A stretch of DNA of 63,420 bases, filler included, from Octopus bimaculoides (Eukaryota), in assembly GCF_001194135.2 (NCBI RefSeq). It is 9 parts of 8 records of this genome, joined end to end, with 100 filler letters (N's around TTAATTAATTAA, not from the genome) between each part and the next. Parts side by side here need not be neighbours in the genome. Positions count along the whole stretch, not along the records: positions 8,421 to 19,843 come from NC_068981.1; positions 19,944 to 32,708 come from NC_068982.1; 7 more parts are not named here. One strand, written 5' to 3'. A program made the position numbers and the translations under genes. The notes under the pieces were generated by a model. It searched no databases, was not told the origin of the DNA, and saw only the letters and a program-made list of their open reading frames with translations. The number at the start of each line of letters is the position of its first letter. The first letter of the stretch is position 1. This document shows, one piece after another, positions 12,046-24,315 of the stretch.

Positions 12046-12321
12046 ATGATTTGAGAAGGTAACTTTACCCTATTTTTGTACATATTATGAATAGCAATGA
12101 GTCACCTGACTTAAAATATACACATATATTATAAGCACTATGGAGCAAGTGTGTTCCTTACATAGATTGCCTATAAAAAGAAGTAGTTTTCCAATACCAA
12201 ACTCATCACCAAACAGCTGTTCACGTTCGAATGGTATGGAACATGGTATGAAAAATGCGCATATCAACATATGTATGTATGTCATTGTTCAGTTTTATTT
12301 CAAGATTTCTTGCTAATAGAG

Positions 12322-12352
<31 letters not shown>

Positions 12353-12863
12353 CACACACCCACACATACACCCATACACCCCCCACACACATAAACACAC
12401 ACACCACACCATACATACGCACGCAGGTGCGCATACATTCGGTTAAATAAGCCGTTATGTGAAACTTGAAATCCCAGCTAACTCGAGCTTTACAAAAAAT
12501 TAAACTCTATTCTAGTATTGAGTCATTCCGTCAGTAAATGTTCCGCTGTTATTCTTTAACTATATTTAAAACAATTGCTTTAATTTTAAATTATATATAT
12601 ACATAGGCACATACATTATATGTATATGTAAATACATACATATATTAATATATATATATATANNNNNNNNNNNNNNNNNNNNNNNNNNNNNNNNNNNNNN
12701 NNNNNNNNNNNNNNNNNNNNNNNNNNNNNNNNNNNNNNNNNNNNNNNNNNNNNNNNNNNNNNNNNNNNNNNNNNNNNNNNNNNNNNNNNNNNNNNNNNNN
12801 NNNNNNNNNNNNNNNNNNNNNNNNNNNNNNNNNNNNNNNNNNNNNNNNNNNNNNNNNNNNNNN

Positions 12864-12928
<65 letters not shown>

Positions 12929-13584
12929 TTGTATCTGTTTACATATATTTTCAATGCCATACATATACGTATGACATTGCTATTTCACCTGTTCCAAAAC
13001 GACGCTGTTGACGTGTCCAGTGACCAAAACGAGGCTGCTTTAATTTAAGCATGGACTTCATAAGCTCTATTTTGTAGTTTTATTGGTTGTACAAGTAGAA
13101 TTTTCTTCCCTAGCTGTTATTACTCTTTCGAATGTTTGCTGTAATTATTGTTGCTTTCCCTGGCTCTACTATTATTGTTGCAGGGGTTTATTATTGCCGT
13201 ATTTCGTGCCATTATTCTCATAGCTGCTCTTGCGCCTGGTATTACTGTTAATTTCGTAGCGGCTTGTACTGTTGTGTAGGTCTTCATTGCCCTTGTTTAT
13301 GTCCGTCCAAGTGTTGTTGATGTTGCTCTTGTTCATATCAGTACTAATACTGCTTTTGTTGTTGTCGGCTCTGGATTGGAACCTCGGACAAATGCTTAAC
13401 AGAATTTTGCAAGCTCATTAATTTTTTTTTTAGTTCAGATCCCTCCAAAGTCGTCACTGCCTTTCATCTGTTCGGACTCAATAAAATAAAATATCAGTCA
13501 AGTGCAGGCTTCGTATATTGGGCCGTTCACCTCTCCCCAAACCTGATGGCTTTATACCACCAGTTCTGAGAGGTTGTCCCTACA

Positions 13585-13700
13585 GCATGCGTAGGGAAGA
13601 CCGGATCCAGGTCCACCAGTGTTCTCCATCGCTGGCGATCCCATGCCAGCCCCTCTGCATCTGAAGTTGAGCTTTTGGAGACCTTCCAGTGACGACAGCA
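13585..13700 (-). mobile_element. RTE-type LINE 3' fragment
   Basis: Minus-strand DAEGLAWDRQRWRTLV resembles the RTE C-terminal A.DR..WR motif. Confidence 0.35.
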
Positions 13701-14425
13701 CGCCCAGTTTTTGCTGTCGTAACTAGCAATTTTGGTGTTATCATTCTAGTTGTAAATGTTATTGCTGTTATTGTCGTTGTTGTTGTAATCGTTACCGTTG
13801 TTGTAGCAGCTATTTTTGTTGTTGATACTATTGTTGTGTATATGTCTTTCTTTTGGCTTCTCTGTGTGTATGTGTGTATATGTGTATGCGCGCGCGTGTG
13901 ACGTTGTTACTGCTATTTTTGTTGTTTTTCGAAATCCTGTCAAATCCTGAAATACAGTAGGCTCTGATTTGTTAGCGCTGTTGCTGTTGTTAATTCAATT
14001 TACAGACTATTTTTCCCTCTAATTTGTTTAAACATTAGTAAATCGATCAGTTTCACACCGCCTAATTACTATATCAATCTTTTCTACATGTGTATAATAA
14101 TCTGAAAATGGAAGCCCGATCAGGGATCTTTGTTTCGCTGCCATTCCTCCATTATTCCACTCACGCCTACCTCATCCTTCTCTCTCCTCCTCTCTCTCTC
14201 TCTCTTCCTTTCACTCCATCCATCCCTCCCTCTCTCTCAATCACTCACTCTGCTATACTTTCATGTTAAAGTTGGTCTATGTTTTCTTTGTTATTTATTC
14301 TGTTCAGGTTTTCGAGAAGATTCAATTTAGGAATTGTAATCCACCAAAGAGCATTACAATCCGCCGCAAAGTTCGGCACCCCCCTTCACCAAGATTATTT
14401 TCTATCTCCTTTTCTTTCTTTTACT

Positions 14426-14456
<31 letters not shown>

Positions 14457-14483
14457 TATATATATATATATATATGTATGTAT

Positions 14484-14517
<34 letters not shown>

Positions 14518-15119
14518 GTCTGTCTATCTAGCTTCCTATCTCTTTCTGTTTCCCTCTCATTCTATCTTTTATATTCAAGAGTAAGAGAGCTTTAGCCACT
14601 CTGCCGCCAGATACGTTCAGTAGAGGTTTGTGCAGTGTCTTGCTCTTAGCACATTGCAATACTGATTATATTAAACATAACATTCTAATACATAGTTTGT
14701 TTACATACATACATGCATACAGACATACATACATACATACATACATACATACATACATACATACATACATACATACATACATACATACATGCTTGCATGC
14801 ATGCATGCATGCATACATTTTTTTCCCCATTTTAATATTGCTTTGCTTTTTGTTTTGGATCGATACAGAGTCATTAAGTGGAAGCAAAAATATTATACCA
14901 TGATACCCATGCCTTTCTCGGTTCCATCAGCAGGATGTCTAAGGTCTTTCTTTCTTGTGGAGTCATCGTAGAATCAGAGTGAAAAGAAATGTAGATCCCC
15001 GATGTGAGCACTCCCTTGTTACCCATCCCCCTATCACAGAACGGGCCGATTCAGAAGATCTGACAGGCAAACACTGAAAGAGAAAGAGAGAGAGGAACGA
15101 AGAGGAAATCGAACCTTGT

Positions 15120-15270
15120 GCTTTAGTGGTACTTTATTTATTGACTCTGAAGTGAAGAAGAGTAGAGTTGACCTCGGCAGGATTTGAACTCAGAATGAAG
15201 ACAGTCGGAACGAATACTGCAACACATTGTATCCGATGCTCTAACAATTGCATCGCTTCAACGCCTTATA
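15120..15270 (-). mobile_element. SINE family B (diverged)
   Basis: GTTGACCTCGGCAGGATTTGAACTCAGAA matches family B reverse complement. Confidence 0.7.
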
Positions 15271-15494
15271 TGTGAGGTTCATTTGCTTCTGCTATGAAAA
15301 GAAACTGTGCTATGGATTCAGTTTCATTCCTCTTCTTCTGCTATGAGACGTTATCGAGTCAGACGCTGATTTATTCAGCATCAGACGTTTTGAAGTTTCT
15401 CTCACTTCAACGCGTCCCTACATCTCTCCTTATCTCTCTCCCTTTATGTGCATGAGCATCAAGTTATGTTTGTATGTGTAGTATCGCTTATCGC

Positions 15495-15620
15495 CTCTTT
15501 CTCTCCCTCTCTATCCCTGTCTGCCTGTCTCTCTGTCTCTCTGTCTCTGTCTCTGTCTGTCTGTCTGTCTGTCTCTGTCTCTGTCTGTCTGTCTGTCTGC
15601 CTGTCTCTCTCTCTGTCTCC

Positions 15621-15667
<47 letters not shown>

Positions 15668-15668
15668 G

Positions 15669-15718
<50 letters not shown>

Positions 15719-15720
15719 GC
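15495..15720. repeat. (CT)n/(CTGT)n polypyrimidine tract
   Basis: Direct reading. Confidence 0.95.
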
Positions 15721-16579
15721 ACGCACCAGTTTGTGTACGTTTTTCTCCCGTGCCCTAACGCGCTGTCACCAAAACAAGTTGAATGTCCAGTCAACCACGC
15801 CAAAACTTCAGCGGTCAAATAGCCGCGCCCAATCATTCCATTCGGTCTCATAGTTTCTTGTTATACCTTCTAAATTTTAGCATCCTTGTAACTAATTGCA
15901 CTGTGTAACGAAATTTTTATTTCTATTTATTTATATATTTTTTCTTTGTGTCTTTGTTCAATAGGTGTTATTTTATATTTACTTCTATCCAGAAATCAAA
16001 AGAAATGACTGCTATTACCTTCAAGCTTTGCTTTTGTGACCCCTGGACATCAGTGTTTTAAAACTGATCTATTCTCCATTACATTTCAGACAGAATAAAT
16101 GCTGAGTTACTGAAGCAGAAATATCGTTATAGCAAATATTCAGCTCAATACCACAAATTTTCTTATCGATTGCTTGACCTTAACCACTTGACAATATATG
16201 CATCTCTGATCATGAGTAGTGGCTGACAATAAATGCATTTCTGATCATGAATAGAAGTAGTCGGGGAGCATCATAGTTACACGTTGGGAGAGATTCTTTG
16301 GGATTTCAAAAAATGTAACAAAAGCAAAGTTTGAAGGAAATATTAGCCATTTTTCATACTTTCTAAGGATAAATAATTAGGAAATAATAGTTGTTGCCCA
16401 AGGACTGTTACACAGTATTATAGATAAAGTACTAGGGTCTATGGTATCGATTAACCTCTTCCCCTTAAAATTACTGGCATTGTGCCTAATTACGTAATGA
16501 TCTAAATGTAGTGATGCATTTTAGTGGCCTTTCATTATCGCCTGCAGGCTCATCAAAATGGAGAGCAATACGGTATCAC

Positions 16580-16783
16580 AAAGCACTTTTCACGCCGAAT
16601 GAAATACTTATCGGCATTTCTTCCGGCTCTTTTATGTTCTGAGTTCAGATTCTGCCGTGGTCGACTTTGCCTTTCATCCTTTCGGGATCGATAAAATAAG
16701 TACTAATTGAGTACTGGAGTCGACGTCATCGACTTACTCCCCCTTCCAAAACTTCTGACTTTGTGCCAAAATTTGAAGCAATT

Positions 16784-16790
<7 letters not shown>
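16580..16790 (+). mobile_element. SINE family B
   Basis: GGTCGACTTTGCCTTTCATCCTTTCGGGATCGATAAAATAAGTAC; ends in the (ATT)n array. Confidence 0.8.
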
Positions 16791-16846
<56 letters not shown>

Positions 16847-17050
16847 TTTATTATTTATTGTCCTTGCACAGCTTCTAACGCTGGAGATGTACTACGGTGC
16901 CAGCCGTTCACTACCAGTGAACTAAAGTAACACCCCTTATTTTTCGAGCACCATCCGGAGTATTCGAGCGATTCCAAGCAGTGCTGTTTTCTGCAAGTGC
17001 TCCACCTTTATTGCAGCCCCTATTTCTTCCACGAAGGAGAGTCATTCTGG
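16790..17050 (-). mobile_element. R4/Dong-like non-LTR retrotransposon 3' end in a (TAA)n array
   Basis: Minus strand: SFVEEIGAAIKVEHLQKTALLGIARILRMVLEK* (C-terminus typical of RLE elements), then 3'UTR and (TAA)n. Confidence 0.7.
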
Positions 17051-17175
17051 GAGACTGAGAATATAAGGGAGTATATATGTGTGTGTGTGTTTCTATGCAT
17101 GTATTTATATGTATATGTATATATGCATATATATATATATATAAATATGTATGTATATATATATATATATGTGTG

Positions 17176-17206
<31 letters not shown>

Positions 17207-17688
17207 GTGCATGTGTGTGTGTTTGCATATGTTCCTTATGAATTCGAAAACTGGGTTGCCAATTTTGACGTAGGAGGTATCAAAAGATTCAGTAATCTTT
17301 CGGCTACCAAATAAAGTATGTTTTTTGCACAACTCTTTTTTTACTACAAAAATAATCTCGAAAACGAGGTCGGGTCACACAATTTTGAGGTATTTAGGTA
17401 AGGGAGGCAACTCTGCCTGAACTATCTTATGGAGTTTTACCAGGGAATGAAACTTCGAAGATATACCGTCAACTTTATTAGTATTATTTAGTAGATAATC
17501 TTTTAATGTGAAGTATGTTTGTCTGTGTCTTGATTAGCTCAGAGTTGCCTCTGATGTAGTAGATCCATCGCATAGATTCTCTTTTTTCTTCCTGAAATAC
17601 TGTAATTCTGTGTCTTCCTTTTGATGAAAGGGCGTTTTTTAAGAGAGATTTAGCTGTTATTTGTAGTAATTCAAGTTACCACAGAGAT

Positions 17689-17771
<83 letters not shown>

Positions 17772-18394
17772 GCTGTGGTGAAAATACTTTTTCTCAGAAT
17801 ATTTTGCACAATAATTCTTTAAGAAATCTGAACATCTTTCTTACTCATAACCATTCAACTTGAAATTACACTGTTGATTTTTGGAAGTCAAGTAGATGTA
17901 CATACAGTGTTATCATATAGAGTAGAAGTTCAATACGAAGTTTTGAACTCATTATCTTGTGGTTAGTAATCCATTACCTTAAATTTGAAGTCATTAAGTC
18001 TTTAAACATTATTTTATTGGGGTTAGTCTTTCGACTGTCGCCATGATGGGGCATCATCTTCAAACATCCAATTGATCATACTGACCTCAGTACGTATTTC
18101 AATCTGGCATTTATTTTATAGATCGCTCGCTGCTTGATGAACTGCTAACTTTGAGACATAGTGGGATACAATATTCGATTTAACAACAAATGTAAACACA
18201 CACACACACACACACACANNNNNNNNNNNNNNNNNNNNNNNNNNNNNNNNNNNNNNNNNNNNNNNNNNNNNNNNNNNNNNNNNNNNNNNNNNNNNNNNNN
18301 NNNNNNNNNNNNNNNNNNNNNNNNNNNNNNNNNNNNNNNNNNNNNNNNNNNNNNNNNNNCATACACACACACACACACACACACGTACACAAGG

Positions 18395-18627
18395 ATCAAA
18401 TGTCCTCCCCGAGCCATAGGCTCCTAAGGCCAATTTCATGGATTCAGTGACGTATATATTTCCCGCTGGATGGAACGGGACGCCGGTCCGTCGCAGGATT
18501 ATTCATTATTGCGATCTGTGTGAAATGAAGTGTTTTGCTCAGGAATACAACGTATCGCCCGGTCCGGAAATCGAAGGAAGAATTTTATGATCACGGGTCC
18601 AGTATACTAACCATTAAGCCACGCATC
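18395..18627 (-). mobile_element. tRNA-CORE SINE family D
   Basis: Reverse complement of a family D head/body (GGGACGCCGGTCCGTCGCAGG; CTAACCATTAAGCCACGC). Confidence 0.7.
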
Positions 18628-18632
18628 ATATG

Positions 18633-18666
<34 letters not shown>

Positions 18667-18710
18667 TATAGAATACAGATAAAATTGCGTCTAATGATGT
18701 AGTGTAATAA

Positions 18711-19030
18711 AAGATACCCTTCGGTCACGATTGACCATGCGATTGCACCTAGAAAGTTACCCTCCGAGGTATTATGCTATGGAAGACTAACAGTCGCCCA
18801 TGTATGCCAATCCCCCATCTCCACACCATTGCTGTTATTCAAGGGAAAGGCAAAGGCTGATATAGCTTGACACCAGTGACGTCGCAACTCATTTCTACGG
18901 CTGAGTGAATTGGAGCAACGTGAAATAAAGCGTCTTGCTCACGAACACAACATACAGACCAGTCTGAGAATGGAACTCATTACCTCGTGATTCTGAGACC
19001 GGCGCTCTAACCACTGAGCCATGAGACTTC
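18711..19030 (-). mobile_element. tRNA-CORE SINE family E
   Basis: Minus-strand head ..TGGCTCAGTGGTTAGAGCG, CORE-like TGTTCGTGAGCAAGACGCTTTATTTCACGTTGCTCCA, distinct tail. Confidence 0.65.
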
Positions 19031-19129
19031 ACATAGTGTAATAAGCATATGTAGAAAGTGCTCAGGTTCGGTTTCCACTAAAACTCCGGCTTTATGCACA
19101 GCGTCTTAGTATTTGTTGTTTTCTGGCAC

Positions 19130-19843
19130 AAGATACCAGGCAAAGCTAGTCCACCGGTAAGCTCACGAAGACCTTCTACCCCACCTTTTCTCCAGCAAGG
19201 ACATCATCTACATTGACTTAGTTCCCTCGGGCCAAACGGTCAAGAAAGAGTATTTTGTGAAGATTTTGAGGGCGTTCAGAAAGAAATGTTCTCAAAGATG
19301 GCCGGACCAATTACACCAAGGCAAAGCAGCAGTTCTCAGTTCCCTCCTGGTATAGGCGCAGGCGTGGCTCTGTAGTAAGAAGCTTGCTTCCCAACCACAT
19401 GATGATGATGATGATGATGATAACGACGGCGATGATGACGGTGACAATCCTCATGATGGATCAATTATTGCCTTATTATCTATCCAGGTGTTGGTGTGTT
19501 TATGTCCCCGTAATATAGCAGTTCGGCAAAAGAACCGATAGAATAAGTACTAGGCTTACAAAGAATAAGTTCTGGGGTTGATTTCTTCGACTAAAAAAAA
19601 ATCCTTTAAGGCGGTGCTCCAGCATGGCCGCAGTCAAATGACTGAAACAAGTAAAAGAATGAAAGAATAACCAGCCACTTGACAGAGGTGAGCACCAAAA
19701 CTGTCCTTCGCCCTCTCTACAATCCAGGCCTTGTTCCTTGTGGCTTTTTGCTGAAGTTACAAGGAACAAGCTGAAGAATATGAAGGAGGTTGTGACAAGG
19801 CTCCTGAAGACCTTCGCTCTGAAGGACTTCCAATAGGGACGCC
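19130..19843 (+). mobile_element. mariner transposase relic interrupted by SINE A (19355-19665)
   Basis: SSKDIIYIDLVPSGQTVKKEYFVKILRAFRKK before, and TKTVLRPLYNPGLVPCGF (degenerate YSPDLAPCD) after, the SINE. Confidence 0.7.
19355..19665 (+). mobile_element. SINE family A, internally rearranged
   Basis: Family A head, (GAT)n, family A right half ending GACTGAAACAAGTAAAAGAATG. Confidence 0.75.
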
Positions 19844-19943
19844 NNNNNNNNNNNNNNNNNNNNNNNNNNNNNNNNNNNNNNNNNNNNTTAATTAATTAAN
19901 NNNNNNNNNNNNNNNNNNNNNNNNNNNNNNNNNNNNNNNNNNN

Positions 19944-20240
19944 GAGTGTTTATTGAGCGAAAACACCTAAAGCTCCACGAGGCTCCGGCAGGGGATGGTG
20001 GCGAACCCTGCTGTACTCTTTCACCACAACTTTCTCTCACTCTTACTTCCTGTTTCTGTTGTGCCTGTAATTCAAAGGGTCAGTCTTGTCACACTGTGTC
20101 ACGCTGAATACCCCTGAGAACTACGTTGAGGGTACACATGTCTGTGGAGTGCTCAGCCACTTGCACGTTAATTCATGAGCAGGCTGTTCCGCTGATATGA
20201 TCAACTGGAATCCTCGACGTCGTAAGCGACGGAGTGCCAA
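19944..20240 (+). mobile_element. SINE family C, 5' part in gap
   Basis: Colinear with 40430-40735, ends GACGGAGTGCCAACA. Confidence 0.85.
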
Positions 20241-20590
20241 CACATGTATGTGTATATATATATATATACATATATTGTATGTCTACACGTGTGTATATGC
20301 AATTACTACAAGCCAAACTTTGTGAATGTTTTACAAGTTTTACATATTTCCACAGTTCCACCAATGTCGCGTAATTGCAATTTCCTAAACAACCGAGTTT
20401 TTCTAGTTTTGTAAACCCCTCTCGCAGCCAAACCAGTTAGTTACATATTCATCATCCCCAATAATTACAGGTATTCATCTAAAGCTATAGTCCAGTTGGA
20501 TCATCGATAGATTTCTCATTAGTTCGACACAGAGGTTTTGTTTTCCACTAATCTTTAACATTATCTCGTTAACATTTTAGTAACTCCGCT

Positions 20591-20892
20591 GATGCTACTG
20601 TAACTTGTAGCCCCAGGAAGATATCTCCTCCAGCTGGCTATTGACACACTATCTGTGCCCTGTCAGTATTTGCAAAGGAAAGTCCCATCGCCAACCGGTG
20701 ATTGTCACACGCTGAGGACGAGTCAATACCCAGAAACTCAGGTTGGAGATGGGAAGGATGGCTTCCCTTTGCAAATACTGATAGGACACAGAAAGTGTGT
20801 CAATAGGCAGCTGGAGGAGATGTCTTCCTGGGGCTACAAGCTACCGTAGCATCTCCCCTTAAGGGTTAGCCACATTTAGGTGGCAAATATAC
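20591..20892. mobile_element. Palindromic foldback element (~105-bp arms) with hammerhead-like loop
   Basis: Arms 20591-20696 and 20741-20853 are reverse complements; 20854-20892 matches the reverse complement of 10589-10628. Confidence 0.8.
20712..20746 (+). ncRNA. Degenerate hammerhead-like core in foldback loop
   Basis: CTGAGGA-CGAGT-CAAT-ACCCA-GAAA-C-TCAG-GTT-GG; core present, stems II and I mismatched. Confidence 0.4.
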
Positions 20893-20896
20893 TTCA

Positions 20897-20942
<46 letters not shown>

Positions 20943-21014
20943 GCACACACAAAAACCACATATGTAGGTATTTATGTACATGAAAATACAGATAAAAGGT
21001 TGAAAATGCGTTGA

Positions 21015-21055
<41 letters not shown>

Positions 21056-21965
21056 ATATATATATATTTGGTTAAATGATACAAATTTTACTTTTTAACA
21101 TAAGGAGTAACCAGTTTCATTCTGTGTATTTGTATTTAAAAAAATAAAAACATAAAAATACGTTTCTTCATAATAGATGTTTTCGTGTTGTAGTTTAAAT
21201 GGAAATACATTGGTTGGTTTCTGTGTATAGCTTGGAACATCGTGTGTTTTAGTTTTCATGTTTGATGTTTTGTGAGTCCTAGTCGCTTGACAGCCGAATT
21301 GATAGCATTTCATCTGTATCTAGCTGTACTGCACCATATATTCCAGAGGTGTAATTGTTGTTGTTGTTTTACGGTGTCCTGGCGTCGAAGTCCTCTGGTA
21401 GTTTACATTCTGACATGACAATCCCGTCGATATTGTTTGGATGTTTGCATTGATTCTTACAATCCTGGCATCGTTGTTGTTGTTGTTGTTTCATAAGTGT
21501 TTGTTACAGGCATGGTTGACTCGGCGGTATTCTTGTTTAATGTTTATCGAGAATCTGTCTCTTTCGTGTGGAGTTTTTTGTTTTTTTTGTTGTTTTTTTT
21601 TATAACGTAAGTGTGGCGTACATAACACAAGTAAAAAGAAGAGAAGGGGAAAAGGGATCACATGTTACGTTGCGTCGTATGAAGAGAAAAAGATTTTAGT
21701 GTATAGATTTTGTGTGGATTATGGCCAAAGAGGTCTAGTAGCAGAAGAAAAAAGGAACATATTTTACTGACCAGGACCCGGTGTGCGCTGATCTTCAGCT
21801 CATCAAAGGGTAATTTTTCTATATGTAAATGTGTGGATTAAATAAGTAAGCATGCCGCTGATGTATGTGTGTGTATGGTTACATATATGAATATGTGAGT
21901 GTGTATGTGCATACATCCATGTTTGCCTGTATGCGATCATATATTCGTCTATGTATGTATGTGTT

Positions 21966-22197
21966 ATTTCTTTACTACCCACAAGGGACTAAACATAGAG
22001 GGGGCAAACAAGGACAGACAAACGGATTAAATCGATTGCATCGATTTCAGTGCGTAACTGGTACTTATTTAATCGACCCCGAAAGGATGAAAGGCAAAAT
22101 CGACCTCGGCGGAATTTGAACTCAGAACGTACCGGCAGACGAAATACCGCTAAGCATTTCGCCCGACATGCAAACGTTTCTGCCAGCTCGCCGCCTT
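21966..22197 (-). mobile_element. SINE family B, full length
   Basis: Reverse complement of GGCGGCGAGCTGGCAGAAACG...GTAAAGAAATA. Confidence 0.9.
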
Positions 22198-22319
22198 TAT
22201 GTATATATGTGTGTTTATGTATCTATGTATGTATGTGTGTTTATCCATGTGTGTACGTACGCACATATAAGCATGCATGTGTATCTATGTACGTACATAT
22301 CTTTATGTACCTACCTACT

Positions 22320-22710
22320 TACCGCGTTGTCCGCAGACGATCACCATCAACCACTTGTCTCTAGAATCCTCCCCTTCCCTGTTGGTAGATCGCTCTTCTG
22401 TAAAGCAGTCTTCAACCAGTTGGTCAGTAAACGTCCTAACAGAACGAACCCCTAAACCATTTTCCGCGTGCTGGTTCCTACTTCAGCGTTTGACTCACTT
22501 CATTCTTGCTATGGAAGCAGTGTCCACGGGGTTTCAGTCTTCGTTCCTTTGTAATGAAGGCTACTCTAAGAAGATTGCCATAAAATGCCTCGTTTGCTGT
22601 ATAGAACTACCATTTCATGTTAAACGCAGCTCTCACAAGTTTTCTGAATGTTCCATCTAGTTTTCTTTCTAGCGCCTTACTTTGAGTCCATGTATTGAGG
22701 ACGTTTAAAC
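22320..22710 (-). mobile_element. RTE-X-like LINE ORF2 C-terminal relic
   Basis: Minus strand: TWTQSKALERKLDGTFRKLVRAAFNMKW*FYTANEAFYGNLLRV...ERRLKPRGHC...EPARGK, an RTE-clade thumb/C-terminal pattern. Confidence 0.75.
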
Positions 22711-22733
22711 GCTATACACACACACACACACAC

Positions 22734-22796
<63 letters not shown>

Positions 22797-23640
22797 TCTT
22801 CTATCTGTTACTTGTTTCAGTCATTAGACTGCGACCATGCTGAGGCGCCATCTTGAAGAATCTTAATCGAAAGAAGAATCGACTAAGTATTAATTTTNNN
22901 NNNNNNNNNNNNNNNNNNNNNNNNNNNNNNNNNNNNNNNNNNNNNNNNNNNNNNNNNNNNNNNNNNNNNNNNNNNNNNNNNNNNNNNNNNNNNNNNNNNN
23001 NNNNNNNNNNNNNNNNNNNNNNNNNNNNNNNNNNNNNNNNNNNNNNNNNNNNNNNNNNNNNNNNNNNNNNNNNNNNNNNNNNNNNNNNNNNNNNNNNNNN
23101 NNNNNNNNNNNNNNNNNNNNNNNNNNNNNNNNNNNNNNNNNNNNNNNNNNNNNNNNNNNNNNNNNNNNNNNNNNNNNNNNNNNNNNNNNNNNNNNNNNNN
23201 NNNNNNNNNNNNNNNNNNNNNNNNNNNNNNNNNNNNNNNNNNNNNNNNNNNNNNNNNNNNNNNNNNNNNNNNNNNNNNNNNNNNNNNNNNNNNNNNNNNN
23301 NNNNNNNNNNNNNNNNNNNNNNNNNNNNNNNNNNNNNNNNNNNNNNNNNNNNNNNNNNNNNNNNNNNNNNNNNNNNNNNNNNNNNNNNNNNNNNNNNNNN
23401 NNNNNNNNNNNNNNNNNNNNNNNNNNNNNNNNNNNNNNNNNNNNNNNNNNNNNNNNNNNNNNNNNNNNNNNNNNNNNNNNNNAATTTTAATCAGTAACAA
23501 AAGTAATTGGTAAAATTTTAATGATTTCTGTTGAATTGGCAAAAAAATAAAAATGTCAATTTTTTTTGAGGAAAATGTTAACAACGATTGAGTATAAATT
23601 TACATGTGTAGAACATCTGTTTCCTATATGAAGGGTTTAT

Positions 23641-23677
<37 letters not shown>

Positions 23678-23747
23678 TCCGTGTGGATGTAACAGTATAT
23701 GTTTGTGTGTGTGTGTAACAGTATATGTTTGTGTGTGCGTGCGTATG

Positions 23748-24125
23748 TCTATATGCAATCCACGTGTACAAGCCGTATATGTGTGTGTTTGGCTGTGTTT
23801 GTGTGTATGCGTGCTTGTGTGTGTGTGTGTGTGAGAGCGCCACGCGTGTGCGTATGTGTGTGTGTGCATGTGTGTGTGTGTTTCTATATGCAATCCACGT
23901 GTGCAAGCCATAAATGTGTGTGTGTGTTTGGGTGTGTCTGTGTATATGCGTACGTGCGTGTGTGTGTGTGTGCGCGCGCCGCGCGTGTGCGTGTGTGTCT
24001 ATATGCAATCCACGTGTGCAAGCCGTATATGTGTGTTTGTTTGGATATGTCTGTGTGTATGCGTGCGCGTGTATGTGTGCGAGTGTGTGTCTCTATTCAA
24101 TCCATGTGTGCAAGCCGAATATGGA
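23748..24125. repeat. Minisatellite: four copies of a ~30-bp core separated by variable (TG)/(GC) spacers
   Basis: CTATATGCAATCCACGTGT(A/G)CAAGCC at ~23748, ~23883, ~23998 and, diverged, ~24092. Confidence 0.85.
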
Positions 24126-24126
24126 A

Positions 24127-24315
24127 GCACAAGGCCTCAAGTTTAGGAGAAGCGATTAAATCGATTACATCAACCCCAATGCGTAACTGGTACTTATTTA
24201 ATTGATGAAAGGCAAATTCGACCTCGGCGGAATTTGAACTCAGAACGTAGCGATGGGCGAAATACCGCTAAGCATTTCGCCCAGCGTGCTAACGATTCCG
24301 CCATCTTGCCGCCTT
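24127..24315 (-). mobile_element. SINE family B
   Basis: TTCGACCTCGGCGGAATTTGAACTCAGAACG...GCCGCC matches family B reverse complement. Confidence 0.85.

Noticed and set aside
12478-12535. Minus-strand CTGACGG...AAAGC-TCGA-GTT
   Set aside because: Core mutated on both sides; insufficient support.
23748-24125. CRISPR-like repeat-spacer appearance
   Set aside because: Eukaryotic context, spacers are homologous microsatellites, no cas genes.
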